In this document: piece after piece, positions 25,798-39,016 of the stretch
Layout: the number at the start of each line of letters is the position of its first letter
How positions within the stretch are numbered: position 1 is the stretch's first letter
Assembly (NCBI RefSeq): GCF_018350175.1
Contig: NC_058368.1
Coordinates: 195,798,001 to 195,862,000, forward strand
Reading direction: 5' to 3'
Source of the DNA: Felis catus
Taxonomy: Eukaryota
DNA length: 64,000 nt
Program-made: the position numbers and the translations under genes
Notes under the pieces: model-generated
What the model was told of the DNA's origin: nothing
The model's input: the letters and a program-made list of their open reading frames with translations, nothing else
The model's database searches: none

Positions 25798-25890
25798 CTT
25801 TTTTTTTTTTTTTAACCAACATGGGGCTTCAACTCGGGATCCTGAGATCAAGAGTCTTATGCTCTACTGACTGAGCCAGCCAGGTGCCTC
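25798..25890 (-). mobile_element. Short CanSINE whose tail received the L1 above
   Basis: Reverse head ...gagccagccaggtgcctc. The outer TSD ct(c/t)gatacat is at 25052-25061 and 25890-25899. Confidence 0.75.
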
Positions 25891-27179
25891 TTGATACATG
25901 CTTATTATTACACTTCAACTTTCTCATCTGTAGAAGATATTCATCTAACAGATGCAGAGGATTAAATGATATAATGTGAGTAAATTACCTAACACAGTGC
26001 CCAGCATACAGTAGGCATTACATAAGCTAGACAATAGCACAGGAATGTCAAAGGCCTCCATGCGTCTTTGAGAAAATGTGTGAAAACCCAGGGGTAGAGG
26101 GAAAGAGTAGGTTTTTCCCTTGAAATTTAGAATATTTAGATTAGGCAGGAAACTTGCCAAATTTCTGTAAAATTGACCATGAAATCATAATGGATTTTTA
26201 ACGGAGCTTGAAAATCCAGCCTCTTCCAAATAATCCATGTTTTTATTTCAGAAAAGTTCCTACAATTGTTCACCATTATTTAACAGGAGACAAACAGCCT
26301 GAGAAATATTCTCTCATATCTTTTTTTTTCCTAAATTATGGAGAGGCATTTTGAATGATTCAATACATAAAAGCTTAACTACTAAAATATGCCACAAAGC
26401 AGAGCAGAGAAGTAAGATTGTGAAATGAAACAGTATAAATTATAAAATACCTTTTGAAATCCTTAATGCCATCATTAATGAGGGAACATTTTCTTTATGT
26501 ACAATCTTTTCAAAGTGCCTAATTAGCAAATTAATACTACATGGAGAGAGCTCTTCTCAGCTTATAATTGTGACATTTGAGAATTCATATCCCCAAAAGA
26601 TTTATATACTAGAAATTCTATAATGATTATTGACCTTCAAAATGAACCATTTTTTCTACACATTTGAAAAGATATGATATGAAATATATAACATATACCA
26701 CAGCTTCCAATTTGAATATTGGTTATAGTCAGAGAGATAGAACCAGCCTCATATCTGCCACTTATTGGCTATGGATGCTGGCAAATGACATAATTTCTTT
26801 CATCTTCACAGTGCCAATGTGTAGAAAGTAATTATATCTACTTCTCAGGGTCATAATGTCACTAAAATGAAATAATATAGAGCTTGGTAAATAGTATTTA
26901 GCAAATGCTTGAAAATAAAGTGGTACTCTTCTTGTTTCCTTGATCAGATCAATACAAAAACCATTAGGTGAAGCTAAAGCAAGATAGATGACCACAGTGG
27001 GGTTAAGCGGACTCCTGTGGTGGCCCAGAGCAGGGTGTGAAGGCCCAACCAAGCTAAGCACAATGGAATAGTTAAGAGTGTTGGAGCCCAAGCCAGCGAG
27101 GAGGGCATCGCATAGGGAGTGTGGGATTCAATGGTAACAAGAGATAAGTGACATCCAGAAGAGTTGATCAAATAAATAC

Positions 27180-28445
27180 ATTAAAGTTTCTCATTCTTGA
27201 GAAGACAGTTTCAAATATGGAAAAGGAGAAAACTTGAAGGAACCCTATGGTATTAGACTGGAATTGGGGATATTAGCATGAACCCATAGTTTTCAACATA
27301 AATAGATACAGAAATATAGATGTAAATACATGTGTATATGTAATACATATATTATAATACAATTGTAATATATTCGCTAGCTCTGTCCACTGAAGACAGG
27401 AAGCAGCAAAACTCCGATAACATTCAGCACATGTAGCTCCAAGATCTTTCTAAAGAAAGAAAAGATCACACTCCCCTAAAAGGAACCAAGGTTCCTTGGA
27501 GAAATGGCTGACACCAAGTCTAAGGCAAGGAAAGTATAAGATGAGCCTGGGACATCTTGTGCCAGGAAGTAAAGAAATGCACAATGAAGTATGGAGACAT
27601 GTCAGAAGGACTCTTTTGACTGGCCAAATCTGGAACCGTTTGAGCATCAAAACAAAAGGTGATAGTAACAGGTTGTAACCACTGAATAAAAGTAGGAATC
27701 CATGAGTCCAGACTGAAATAAATAAATGAATGGAGATATTAAAATCTTGATGAGAAACAGGATATTTACATAGTCTCAAAATACTTCCTTACAAAAATAC
27801 TTATTAATTACAGTGGGAATACAAAATTACAAAGTGTAACTTTACAGTGGAGAAGCCTGACAGACAGGAATAAGTGACCAAAACTAACACTGCCAACTAA
27901 TGGGACACATTGAAATTGTGAACCATCTGATAGAATGCCATGAGAATACAGCATCACTTCTGTGATATTCGTGGCAAAGGTGCAAACCTAAACCTAAGCA
28001 TAAGAAAACATCAGACTAACAACTCACAATGAGGGCTAGTCTACCAAATAACTCGCCAACAATCTTCAAAACGCTAAGGTCATGAAAGTCAAGACTCAGG
28101 AAGTGCTCCACAGTGAAGAAAACTAAAGAGATAAGACAATGAAATGAAGCATGGGACACTAAGCCGGGTCGTTTTGCTGTGAAGGACAATATTAGGAAAA
28201 TGGGTGACACTTGGAAGAGTTGGAGAGTTAGATGATAGTCATGCAGCAGTGTCAATTTACTTACCTGGATAGTGATGTCACGGTTACGGAGGAGAATGTT
28301 CTGGTTTGTAGAAAGTACACACTAAGTACTCAGGTAGTGAGGGAGTCATATCGGCAATTTAACTCAAAAAGTTTCAGGAAAAAATATGCTCTTTTACTAT
28401 TCTTGCAACTTTCTGCATGTTTGACATTGTCTCTAAATAAATAAG
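27180..28445 (+). mobile_element. Old L1MC/MD-type 3' end
   Basis: Characteristic L1MC-like 3'UTR motifs (tttacagtggagaagcctgacagaca, catcacttctgtgatattc, tactattcttgcaactttct). Confidence 0.7.
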
Positions 28446-29189
28446 CAAATCGAAAGTTAACAAATGAAGGAGGAAAACACTAAATCCACTCTGAAGGAAG
28501 GAAAAGGTATGTCAGACCGGTCACATAGTAAAGGGATGATATCAAACGAAACAGACACAATACATTTTAAAAGCTCAAAATTTTCTTAGAAGATCATAAC
28601 AGGGATCGTTTTAGAAATGTATACCTTCTAGGCTTCGAATGACCGGGTTTACTGTTACGATGAATCATAACGCAGGAGTGCTTTAAATCTCTTCCCATCA
28701 CCAGGCAAAATTTCTCTCCCCTCAGTGAAGAACACGAGAGGTTATTTTAGAAAAATAGTTTAGTGTGTCTCTGGCCAGCCTGCTTTGCTCATGATGACTA
28801 AAGAATTAGACACTGCTCTTTGTGAGGCCGGGGGTGTGGAGTCATTTGTGCCATGAAACATAGGGGTGGCTTGGTTAACAGGCTCTAATCATTAGCAGGA
28901 TCCAGAACAATGATTTCCTTTTAATGCTTGAGTGAAGAGTGGGAACTCCTGGGCAGTCAACCCTCAAAAGTATGCCTGACACTTTCAAACTAAGCCAGTT
29001 CTGCTCATCATTTAGTGGCAACGGCCTTTGATAAATTAAAACGTTTTACAAGAATTACATTAAAACTTTCCAAAAGTTTAAAATAAACATCTTCCCTTGA
29101 AGAGGAGAGACATTGTTATCATCAATTAAAAAAAAAAAAAAAAAAGAAACAGAGGGAGACAAAAGAAGAACTCTAAGAACCAAGTAAGT

Positions 29190-29392
29190 TAAAAATTTGT
29201 TTAATTTTATTTTTGAAAGAGAGAGAGAGAGAAGGGGAGGGGCAGAGAGAGAGGGAGACACAGAATCCAAAGCAGGCTCCAGACACCGAGCTGTCAGCAC
29301 AGAGCCTAACGTGGGGCTCGAACTCGTAGACTGCAAGATAAAGCCCTGAGCTGAAGTCCGAGGCTTAACCAACTGAGCCACCCAGGTGCCCC
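29190..29392 (-). mobile_element. CanSINE
   Basis: Reverse head, (GA)n tract and T tail. Confidence 0.88.
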
Positions 29393-30559
29393 CCCTCCAC
29401 CGCCCCCAAGTAAGGCTTAAAGGAGTAAAAGGAGAAACATTTCAGGATAATTAGAAAATTAAACTAAAAATGATCTGGTCTGAGGTAATATATTAAAGGC
29501 CTCCTATGTTTATTTTATACTAATGTGACCCATTTGCCCAAGAAATGTATACGTGTCCCTGCAGACACCTAAGACATGCAACGATTTTGGAGGTAAATCA
29601 AAGAGAAGAATTATATCAAAGTCACAGTGTCCATCAATAAATTGGAATTGTTACTAACAGAGGCGCTAAAGGATCTCCCACCTTTTTTTTCACTGCAATG
29701 GACAGAGTAGAACATGGGGAGCACCTGCAGGGTCGGGGGAGGAAAATCAGAAAATAAGGCAGCACTCTGGTATCCTATAGCCCTCCTGCTCTTGCTGGTC
29801 CCAGTGGACCGGTGACATTCCACAAAAACATCTTGATCACAACCATTTTTTTCTTGAAAGAATTTTGGTAAGGAACATTACAAAAATTGTTTTTATCACT
29901 TTCCTCAACCTTATCTTGACAGATTAAGTACACAGTTAATTTTGTCAGGAGACACTGGGTGGCTTACCCAGGAGAGCGAAGGCAGAGAAACTTCTTCATT
30001 CAACACATGAGAGGAAATAGCCCAAGAAACGCTCTTTTCTGACATAGACGGTGAAATTTGTCTTTACAAGGAAGTCGTGTTAAAGGCTGCATTCCTGTGA
30101 TTTTCTTAGGTGCCTTTCAAGGCCTTTGCACAAAGCCTTGGCTCCACACCTTGTGCTTCCAGCCTCAGTGGCCCACCCTCCTGGGACTGACACATTTCTG
30201 GAATGTTTTCAGTTGGGTTTCTGAGGATTCCTGTGAGGAGGAACATTGCCCCAGTCATTTCTCGGGACAGAAATTACTGACCTTTCTGGTTTTCTATCAG
30301 AAGAAAAAAAAATTTTTTTTTCACATGGCTCTAATAGTTAGAGACTATTTTTGTAAAAATACATAAACAAAATTATTGGGTTTTGCGGGTACTGAGGACC
30401 CTGAGAAGCAGTGGAGACTTTTCAAATACCTTCACATATTTAAAAAAAATGAGACTTTCTTCCATGATTTGATGACCAAGAAGTTGTGTTCTTGAGTATG
30501 TTTGAAGTAGAAGTTTTAAAATATATTTTGAGGTGTTTTCATTTTTTTCTTCTTATTTT

Positions 30560-30753
30560 AATATTTTATTTTTTAATGTATTTTTATTTTCGAGAGAGGG
30601 GTGGAGGGGCAGATAGTGACGGGGGTGGAGGCTCTGAAGCAGGCTGTGTGCTTGACAGCAGAGAGCCCAACGCGGGGCTTGAACCCTCAAACCTCAAGAT
30701 CATGACCTGAGCAGAAGTCGGATGCTTGACTGAATGAGCCACCCAGGCGCCCC
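30560..30753 (-). mobile_element. CanSINE
   Basis: Reverse head ...acccaggcgcccc. Confidence 0.85.
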
Positions 30754-31164
30754 TATTTTTTAAACTTCAACTTTTTCAACCTAATTTTTACTCCCCAATG
30801 TCAGGTAGAAAACTGCTTTGGTGCCTAAACATTGAGTTACCAGAAATATTTAAGAAGAAACTTGCAGTAGATGTTTAGAGAATATTTTGATGAGGGAAAA
30901 ATCGATCAAAATAATTTTCTAACAACAGCAGATTTTACTGAACAGGAAGAAATTTTTTAAGTAAAATATTTATGTGAAACCTCTTAAACTTCTAAACTCT
31001 GAATAAAAGACATGGGAGTATTTAATTCATTCATTCATTCATTCATTCAAATATAGAATTTAATATTTATTTTTCTTTTATTAGGGAGAGAATTTTAAAT
31101 TCTGTTACCTGTAGCTGGGTAGCTGGAGACCTCTGGTCATTAAATTGGCTGTTTTGTACATTCT

Positions 31165-31517
31165 TTTTTTTTTCTTTTTTTTTTACTTTTTTTAAATATG
31201 AAATTTATCAAATTGGTTTCCATACAACACCCAGTGCTCATCCCAACAAGTGCCCTCCTCAATGCCCATAACCCACTGTCCCCTCCCTCCCACCCCCCAT
31301 CAACCCTCAGTTTGTTCTCAGTTTTTAAGTCTCTTATGGTTTGGCTCCCTCCCTCTCTAACTTTTTTTTTCCTTCTCCTCCCCCATGGTTTTCTGTTAAG
31401 TTTCTCAGGATCCACATAAGTGTGAAAACATATGGTATCTGTCTTTCTCTGTATGACTTATTTCACTTAGCATAACACTATGAAATACGGAGTTTTGCAG
31501 CAACATGGATGGAACTG
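31165..31517 (-). mobile_element. Felid L1 3' end with a short 5' inversion
   Basis: Reverse L1 tail from 31165 to ~31479, then forward L1 sequence atgaaat...tttgcagcaacatggatggaactg. TSD ctgtt(tt/cc)gtacattct at 31149-31164 and 31515-31530. Confidence 0.85.
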
Positions 31518-31824
31518 TTCCGTACATTCTGAGCCTTTTCAGAATTAGCCTAAATTGAAGACAGAGCTAATTATCTCACTCAGCATGATATCTCACTTAT
31601 CATGGCTATGGTTCAGGAGATCCCTTACGGGACAGAAATCTATGCCCCTCACCATAACACTATGAAATACGGAGTTTTGCAGCAACATGGATGGAACTGT
31701 TCCGTACATTCTGAGCCTTTTCAGAATTAGCCTAAATTGAAGACAGAGCTAATTATCTCACTCATTATCATGGCTATGGTTCAGGAGATCCCTTACGGGA
31801 CAGAAATCTATGCCCCTCACCATA
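31471..31824 (+). repeat. Tandem duplication (182 bp + 168 bp)
   Basis: Copies at 31471-31652 and 31653-31820 are identical except for a 14-bp extra segment (gcatgatatctcac) in copy 1. There is 'cata' microhomology at the junctions. Confidence 0.95.
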
Positions 31825-32684
31825 CTTCGTATCAGAATCCATGTAAATGATTTCATTAAAAGTAATGTTACTTTAGTAAGCTTACTGTATAATTCTCTTA
31901 AATCTGCCAAATGTTTCTCAGACAGGGGTGGGGCCACACAATGCTTTCCGAGCTGATTAGATGAGACCAAAGGGGCGGGGCTGAGCCTCACTCCCAGCCC
32001 CACCTTCCCGCCCCCATCCTGACCAAGCTAAGGACTCACCTCCACTGTTTTTCTTAAGAGAGTCCTGGAAAAATCATCACTTCTTCCCCAAAGCTATTAA
32101 TTAGAGAGTGGAGTGATTTGATAGAATTTAACACAAAATCGTTAAATCTATATTCCACTTCTTTTCTTGAAAAAAAAAGCGTGGCAGAAAATACAATCAA
32201 CTCTTAGAACTGATATCTACAATTATAATATGTGATTAATTGGGACCAGAAGAATTTTAAATTAGAGATTCTATTTTTTCCTATGGTTGTTTTTCCTGGC
32301 AGGAATTCCCATCCTCTCCAGTTTTCTTTGTTGAAGTTCTTGTAAAAAGAATGCTCAAAGACCACAACAGATTTCAGGAATGTTACCTCTACCTATCATT
32401 TTATTCTTCTCCCAACCTGAAATACTATTTTTTGACTTAATTTTGAAATGGAAGTTTCAAAATATTTCTGGAACATATTTCTCTTTCCTTTAAATAAGGA
32501 CTTAATTTCATCCTCAGATCTTAGGTGTAAAATAACCATTTTACAAAACTTATTTTTAAGTTTACTGAAACTTTGTATGCAGAGACTTTTAACAACTATA
32601 TTTGAGGTATTTCAGTGAGGACCAGTACCTTAAACTGAGCCTTCCAACTAATTATGAAGAATAATAGATATCCTTAAAGAAATT

Positions 32685-32729
32685 TTGTTTTGTTTTTTGT
32701 TTTGTTTTGTTTTTTAATTTATTTTATTT

Positions 32730-32770
<41 letters not shown>

Positions 32771-32932
32771 ATGCTCGCACATGGGGGAGGGGCAGAGAGA
32801 GAGAGAGAAAGAGAATCCCAAGCAGGCTCCCCACCAGGGCAGAGCCTAATTCAGGGGCGGGTCCCACAAACTGTGAGATCATGACCTGAGCCGAAGTCGG
32901 ATGCTTAACTGACTGAGCCACCCGGGCACCCC
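32685..32932 (-). mobile_element. CanSINE with long (GA)n
   Basis: Reverse head ...cccgggcacccc. Confidence 0.88.
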
Positions 32933-34175
32933 TTCTTGAAGAATTTTTTAATAGAATATTCAAATCAAATAAGTTTAAAATTCTAACAATTGCATGAGGA
33001 CCAGGGAGACTGTACAATGTTTGCCACTTTGTTAATTCTCATCTTTCTCTCTCTCTTTAGTATATCAGTTATGTTCTATCTAATGCATTATAACTATTAT
33101 TTGAATTATAGTTAAGTTTTTATTAAAAATTTTTGCAAGTACTCTGCAAATTACTATCAGAAATTAAAACCCTTTCGAAATAAGTACAGCATTTAAAGTT
33201 TTATTTTTTGAATATTATTATTGTGGTAAGAACACTTAACCTAATTCTTGTCTCTTTTCTTAGGTGTTCTAAGCTTCTATTTTACATGTAACTTTGGATA
33301 CCTCAGCTCTCTCTGATTATTAACATCTGTTTTAGTCACATTCATCCTGCAACAGAATAAAACCAGACCATCTCAAAGGGCAGAGCCACCTCCTACCCTT
33401 TCCCACAAAGTGTAGAGATCGCTTTGGATTTACAGGAATTCATAGCCTTTGCCAAAAAACCTGCCTTTTTTCACAATGGATCGCCTATTTCCTCTACGAG
33501 TTTGGTATCTGTGCTGCGGAACTGTAAGTGAACGTCTTCCATTTTCAGAATTTTCAAAACTCACAAAGAACAAAGGCCTTTATTTGAGGTCTCAGGCTTG
33601 CAATTCCGGGAGCAGAGGTTCCAGCAGCCACAGTACCCCACTTTTGGGGTGAAAGCAAAGAGTTTTTCTGAAAAAGAGGAAGGGGGGCAATTACATGACT
33701 TGCGTAAAAGAAGAGAAAAAAATGTCGGCTGGTACTAACAAGCTAAGTTGCTTTTGGCTACGCATTCTATTGGTGTCAACAAACAAAACCGTGCCTGGTA
33801 GGCATTTCTTAACTGTTCTGTCTTCAGAAAGCCCACAGTCAGCAGTGGGATCATCAGGATGCCCCACTGACTTTACAAACAATTACTTGTGAAACAAGTG
33901 ACGCTTCTAGACCATTCAAGGGTCTTTTTGCCCGGTTCAAGGAGTCCACTAGCGTTTGTTTTAGAAAGGAAAATGGAACTTTATCTCAAAATGGAGTCTT
34001 CCGTGTCCAGGAGTTTTATACAATTCCACAACCCGGACTCCTAGAACTTGTCTCAGGCTTTTTTCCTAGGCGACTCCTTGTTCTTTGCCATCATCTCATT
34101 ATCTTCCCAATATGCTGACTGACTTCTGCATGTCGCCATACTTAAGATACTAGTTTTCATTTAGACTTTTCCATC

Positions 34176-34649
34176 TGCATGGGAGGAACATTTTCCCTGT
34201 ACACTTCTAGGTTTTTTTGGCTGGTCTGAGAATTAAACTGGCATAAAACAGATTAACAAACAAAACTTTAATTTCATACGTACAGGAGCCCCATAAAAAT
34301 ACAGATCCAAGGGCAAGTCGGGCAGTTGAGGCTTCTATGCCATCCTGAGCCAAGGACTGGGCTAGGGGCCTGGGGCTTCAAAGGGGAGGAGGGTAATTCA
34401 CAGGACTGTAGAAGAATAGACGTTTGGTAATTAGATGTTTGCCCTGCCACAGGGGAAGGTCATTCAGATAAACATAATCTGTGGTAATAGCTCTGTTTCT
34501 AGACCAGGCCCCCTAGCTAAATTCCTTTAGGTAGTTAAGGGAGAGGTAAAAATTTTTTTCCAATCTGCTGGGTTTTGATTGCCTTCAGGTCAAAATAATC
34601 CTTATGCCAAAGTGATATATTTTGGGGTCACGTATTCTGTTCCTCTTCA
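34176..34649 (-). mobile_element. Solo LTR, MER34-like (ERV1)
   Basis: The minus strand begins TGAAGAGGAACAGAATACGTGACCCCAAAATATATCACTTTGGCATAAGGATTATTTTGA and ends ..CA. 4-bp TSD catc at 34172-34175 and 34650-34653. Confidence 0.8.
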
Positions 34650-35086
34650 CATCTTTCTAACTTAACTATTTCCAATGGGAATATTATCAAAAGATTGTAT
34701 CTCATCCGAGAACTTTCTCTGAAAAGCTGTTTCTGAGATAAAATATTTATTTAATTACACAAACACAAAGGTATATCAGTAGAACATGAGAAGACAAAGT
34801 AACTCCTTAAAATTGAAAAAAAAAAAAAGAAAAAGGATGTGATTATTTTTCTTTCTCTTTAGTTCATACTCCTCTTGGCCGCCTGGCAAAGCCTCAGTGT
34901 TCCCTTCCCCACAGCTCACATTCTGGCTACCAACCTTCATCTTCTCTCCCCCACCCCCCTTTCCCTTTTTCTTTCCCTTTCTAATGTGGATGATGCTATC
35001 TCCCCTCATTTGATAATGTTAACTCTAGAATTCTTAGTCCATTCACGCAGTTGTGGGAAAACCGTCATCCCACATCAGCTTACCAA

Positions 35087-35545
35087 GTGTATTCGTTTCC
35101 TAGGCTGCCATAGCAAATAACCACAAATTCAATGGCTTAAAACAAGAATGATTCCCTCACAGTTTGGGAGATCAGAAGTCTGAAATCCAGGTGTTGGCAG
35201 ACCCCTGTTCCCTCCAAAGGCTCTGGGGACAGTGCAGTGCATGGCTCTTTCCATCTTCTGGTGGCTCTGAGAATTCCTTAGCTGAAGGCCACTTCAATCT
35301 CTGTCTCCACGGTACTTTGCCTCTTCCTTTTCTCCCTGTATGTCTTTCCTATGTGTGTGTTTTATAAGGACACTTGTCACTGGATTTAGAGCCCATCCAG
35401 ATAATCCAAGATGATCTTTTCATCTCAAAATCCCTAACTTAATTATATTGATAAATACCTTTTCCTCAAATAAGGGCACATTCACAGGTTATGGGAATTA
35501 GGAAGTGGGCATATCTTTTGGGTACCACTGTTCAACTCATTACAG
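35087..35545 (-). mobile_element. MLT1-type (MaLR) solo LTR
   Basis: tgtattcgtttcctaggctgccatagcaaataaccacaaa...ggcttaaaacaa...cacattcacaggt, typical of a reverse MLT1. Confidence 0.8.
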
Positions 35546-35963
35546 TGTGAATATTAGTCCCTTGTCAGTGTCAGGCTCCTTGCAACAAAATGAAAAGTTA
35601 TGGTTCATTTAGCTTAGCTTCCCATACATTTAAAATAATTTAGTACTAAATATGAAAAAAAAAAAAAAAAAGAGTGATCTACTGCCCTCATGTCCAGAGA
35701 GTCAGTCCATAAATGATTCTTTGGCCAATTGCTGTTCAATTTCTAGAACACAAAATATCTTCATTTTAAAAGTAAATGTCAATTCTTTGTTATACATGAT
35801 GCAAACATTTGCCAGGTACAATGAGACAAGAGCATTCATATTGGACTTTTTTAACAATAGCAACAATATATCTTCTGAGGTTCAAATCTTGAGGAAAGGC
35901 AAATAGAAGTATATAAAACCCCAGTAGAGGCACTAATAACAATTCAGACGTTCATAAGGAATT

Positions 35964-36532
35964 GGGACACCTGGGTGGCTCAGTCAGTTAAACATCCGAC
36001 TTCAGCTCAGGTCATGATCTCAGCTATGCTGACAGCTCAGAGCCTGGAGCCTGCTTCAGATTCTGTGTCTCCTTCTCTCTCTCTGCCCCTCCCCTGCTCA
36101 CCCTCTGTCTGTCTGTCTCTCTCTCTCTCAAAAATAAACAAACATTAAAAAAAAAGTTCATAAGGAATATATCCCTCGTTATGAAATCTTTTGTTGAAAT
36201 GAAAAATTATGAAAACTATTTTTTGGTAAAAACTATGTTTTATTCTCTCTGCATTTGTCATGTGTCTTCCTGTCATTAACACTGAGTTCCAACCATTACT
36301 AAACTTTTATTGTACAGTCATATTATAATTTGGATTAAAAAAATTAATGTTTATTTTTGAGAGAGAGAGAGACAGACAGAGTGTGAGCAGGGGAGGGGCA
36401 GAGAGAGAGGGAGGAAGAGAAGATCTGTAGCAGGCTCAGCACAGAGCCCAACGTGGGGCTCGAACTCACAGACTGCAAGATCATGACCTGAGCTGAAGTC
36501 AGGCGCTCTACCAACTGAGCCACCCAGGCGCC
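35964..36532. mobile_element. Two CanSINEs, tail-to-tail (+ ~35964-36155; - ~36340-36532)
   Basis: Recognisable heads and CT/GA tracts. Confidence 0.85.
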
Positions 36533-36707
36533 CGGGTATTGTTTTTGTTGTTGTTAACATCACTAAAGACACAAATCTGAGAAGAAAGGCTTGATCATTG
36601 CAGTAAAATAATTTAAAAAAAAATGTATAAAAAGAATATGAGGATAATAGTTATTTGAATTAGATTTTTGTGTTATTTTCTAATTCCTCCTTAGACTGTT
36701 TAGCTAT

Positions 36708-37570
36708 TGTGATATTGAAATTTATAAAAATATAATTGGTCATGCAGATGACCAAAATCTCTTCCTCATATATATGTGTTCATTGTCCACAGTTCCTGGC
36801 TCACGGTTCCTTGGAATTTCCTGCGTGATAAGAGCACTGGAGCATCTTTTGTCATCATATTTGGTCTCTTGGCCTCAGTTCCTGAAATTGCTTCAGAGCC
36901 GTAGAGGTGAAATGGGTGTCTTATTATTCATAACAAGCCCTTTTCCACCACAGCTGGATTTGTGTCAGTGAGGTGACTTGGAGGACATGTAAGGATGGGG
37001 CTGGTTGCCAGGGAAACCAACCATCAATCCCACCCCAGCCTCCTGATTGCCAGGGAGGGAAGAAGGGTTGGAGGTTGAACCAATCACCAATGATCAATGA
37101 TTTATTCAATTGTGCCTATGTAATGAAGCCTGCATAAAAACCTAAAAAGAAGGGGTCCATAGGATTTCCATGTGCCACGATGCCAGGCCCCAAACTCTAC
37201 AAGGATAGGAGCTCCTTTGTTCAGGGCCTTACTCTATGTTTCTCTCTGTCTGGCTATTGATTCCTATCCTTTGATATCCATTGTAATAAGTCAGTAATCT
37301 AGTGAGTAAACAGGTTTATCTGAGTTCCATGAGCTGCTCTAGCAAATTAATGGAACCCAAGGAGGAGGTCGTGGGAACCTCTGATTTATGGCCAGTTAGA
37401 AGTGCCCGTAACAACCTGGACTTGACAATGGCATCCTAAGTTGGAGAGGGGTTGCTGGAACCTCCCAATTTGTCGCCGTAGGTCAGAAGCACAGGTAACT
37501 GAGCCTTTTACTTGTGGGATCTGACGCTATCTCTGGGTGAACACTGCCAGAACTGAACTGTCAGACACCC
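36708..37570. mobile_element. MER21-like LTR
   Basis: Starts tgtgatattg..ata..ttggtc, with internal motifs ggggctggttgccaggga, aatcaccaatgatcaatgatt, tgagctgctctagcaaatta. The end is approximate. Confidence 0.7.
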
Positions 37571-38039
37571 TTTCACTCTTTCTGCTCTCCCGCAGGGGCC
37601 CTGGGAACATTTCTGAGGTGTTTGGGTGAAACCATTCTAGCAAGACCAATGCAGCAGACTTGCCCCACCCGTATCTGTATTCTTTAACAAAGCTAATGAC
37701 CCTCCTCCATTTTTAGGTAACAAACCAGCATCGCGTACTTCCTGTGAGCCAGGCTCTCTGTAAATATTTTAGACGTGGAGTCTTGCTTAATCCCAGCGGC
37801 ACCACAGAGACAAGTATGATCTCCCCTTTTACAAACGAGGGCGGCAAGACACTGAGACAGCTCTTTTCAACAAACAGAACATGCTGGTGGAGCCAGATGG
37901 AATTCAGTCTGCTTGACTGGAAGTTTGTACATGCAAACAATTCACTGTATAATGGTAGCTGTCCAAATTTAAATATATATGCTAACTTTCTGGATTTTGA
38001 CAAGTAATGTTATTAGAAACCTGCTAACACAGAAACTTT

Positions 38040-39016
38040 TTTCTTTTTCTTTAAAGTTTATTTATTTTGAGAGAGAGAGAGTGCAAGTGTGAGCAGGGGA
38101 GGGGCAGAGAGAGAGGGGGAGAGAGAGAGAATCCTAAAGCAGGCTCCGTTGGGCTTCAGCACGGAGCCCAACACAGGGCTTGATGCCACAAACTGTGACA
38201 TCATGACCCGAGCCAAGATCAAGAGTCAGATGCTCAACTGGCTGAGCCACTCAGGGCACCCCCAGAAACTGTTTTCTAGCATGTAAATCTCTATGGGAAC
38301 TGATGAGCCTCTCATACACCTCAATTAAATTCTTTGTGTGATTTGGACAGTTTAAAAGTTACTTCAACTTTGGGAATTAAGGGTTTCAAAATTTTATCAT
38401 CATCATTTCATTTCATAACCCTCTTTCCATTCTCTCTTTAGCAAGAATCATGTAAAAACCTGATGAAAGTTTTATCTTATTGAAAGATTTTTAATTAAAA
38501 AAAAATTTTTTTTAACATTTATTTATTTTTGAAACAGAGAGACAGAGCATGAATGGGGGAGGGGCAGAGAGAGAGGGAGACACAGAATCCGAAACAGGCT
38601 CCAGGCTCTGAGCCATCAGCCCAGAGCCCGACGCGGCGCTCGAACTCATGGACCTCGAGATTGTGACCTGAGCTGAAGTCAGATGCTTAACCGACTGAGC
38701 CACCCAGGCGCCCCAATTTTTTTTTTTTTACTTAAAAGTATAGAAAGCGATTTCTGTGAAGAATTAAAACCTAAAAGTAGAAAATTTTGTGTTTCATTAA
38801 ATGTGAATTAGGGGCGCCGGGGTGGCTCAGTTAAGTATCCAACTTCAGCTCAGGTCATGATCTCACACTCTGAGTTTGAGCCCCACATTGGGCTCTGTGC
38901 TGACAGCTCAGAGCCTGGAGCCTGCTTTGGATTCTGTGTTTCCCTCTCTTTCTGCCCCTCCCCACTCCTGCTCTGTCCTCTCTCTCTCTCAAATATAAAT
39001 AAACATTTTAAAAAAA
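38040..39016. mobile_element. Three CanSINEs (- ~38040-38263; - ~38495-38714; + ~38810-39016)
   Basis: Recognisable heads and tails. Confidence 0.85.

Noticed and set aside
31471..31824. Direct repeats as a CRISPR-like or LTR structure
   Set aside because: There are only two abutting copies with no spacers or TG..CA ends, in a mammalian context; it is a simple tandem duplication.
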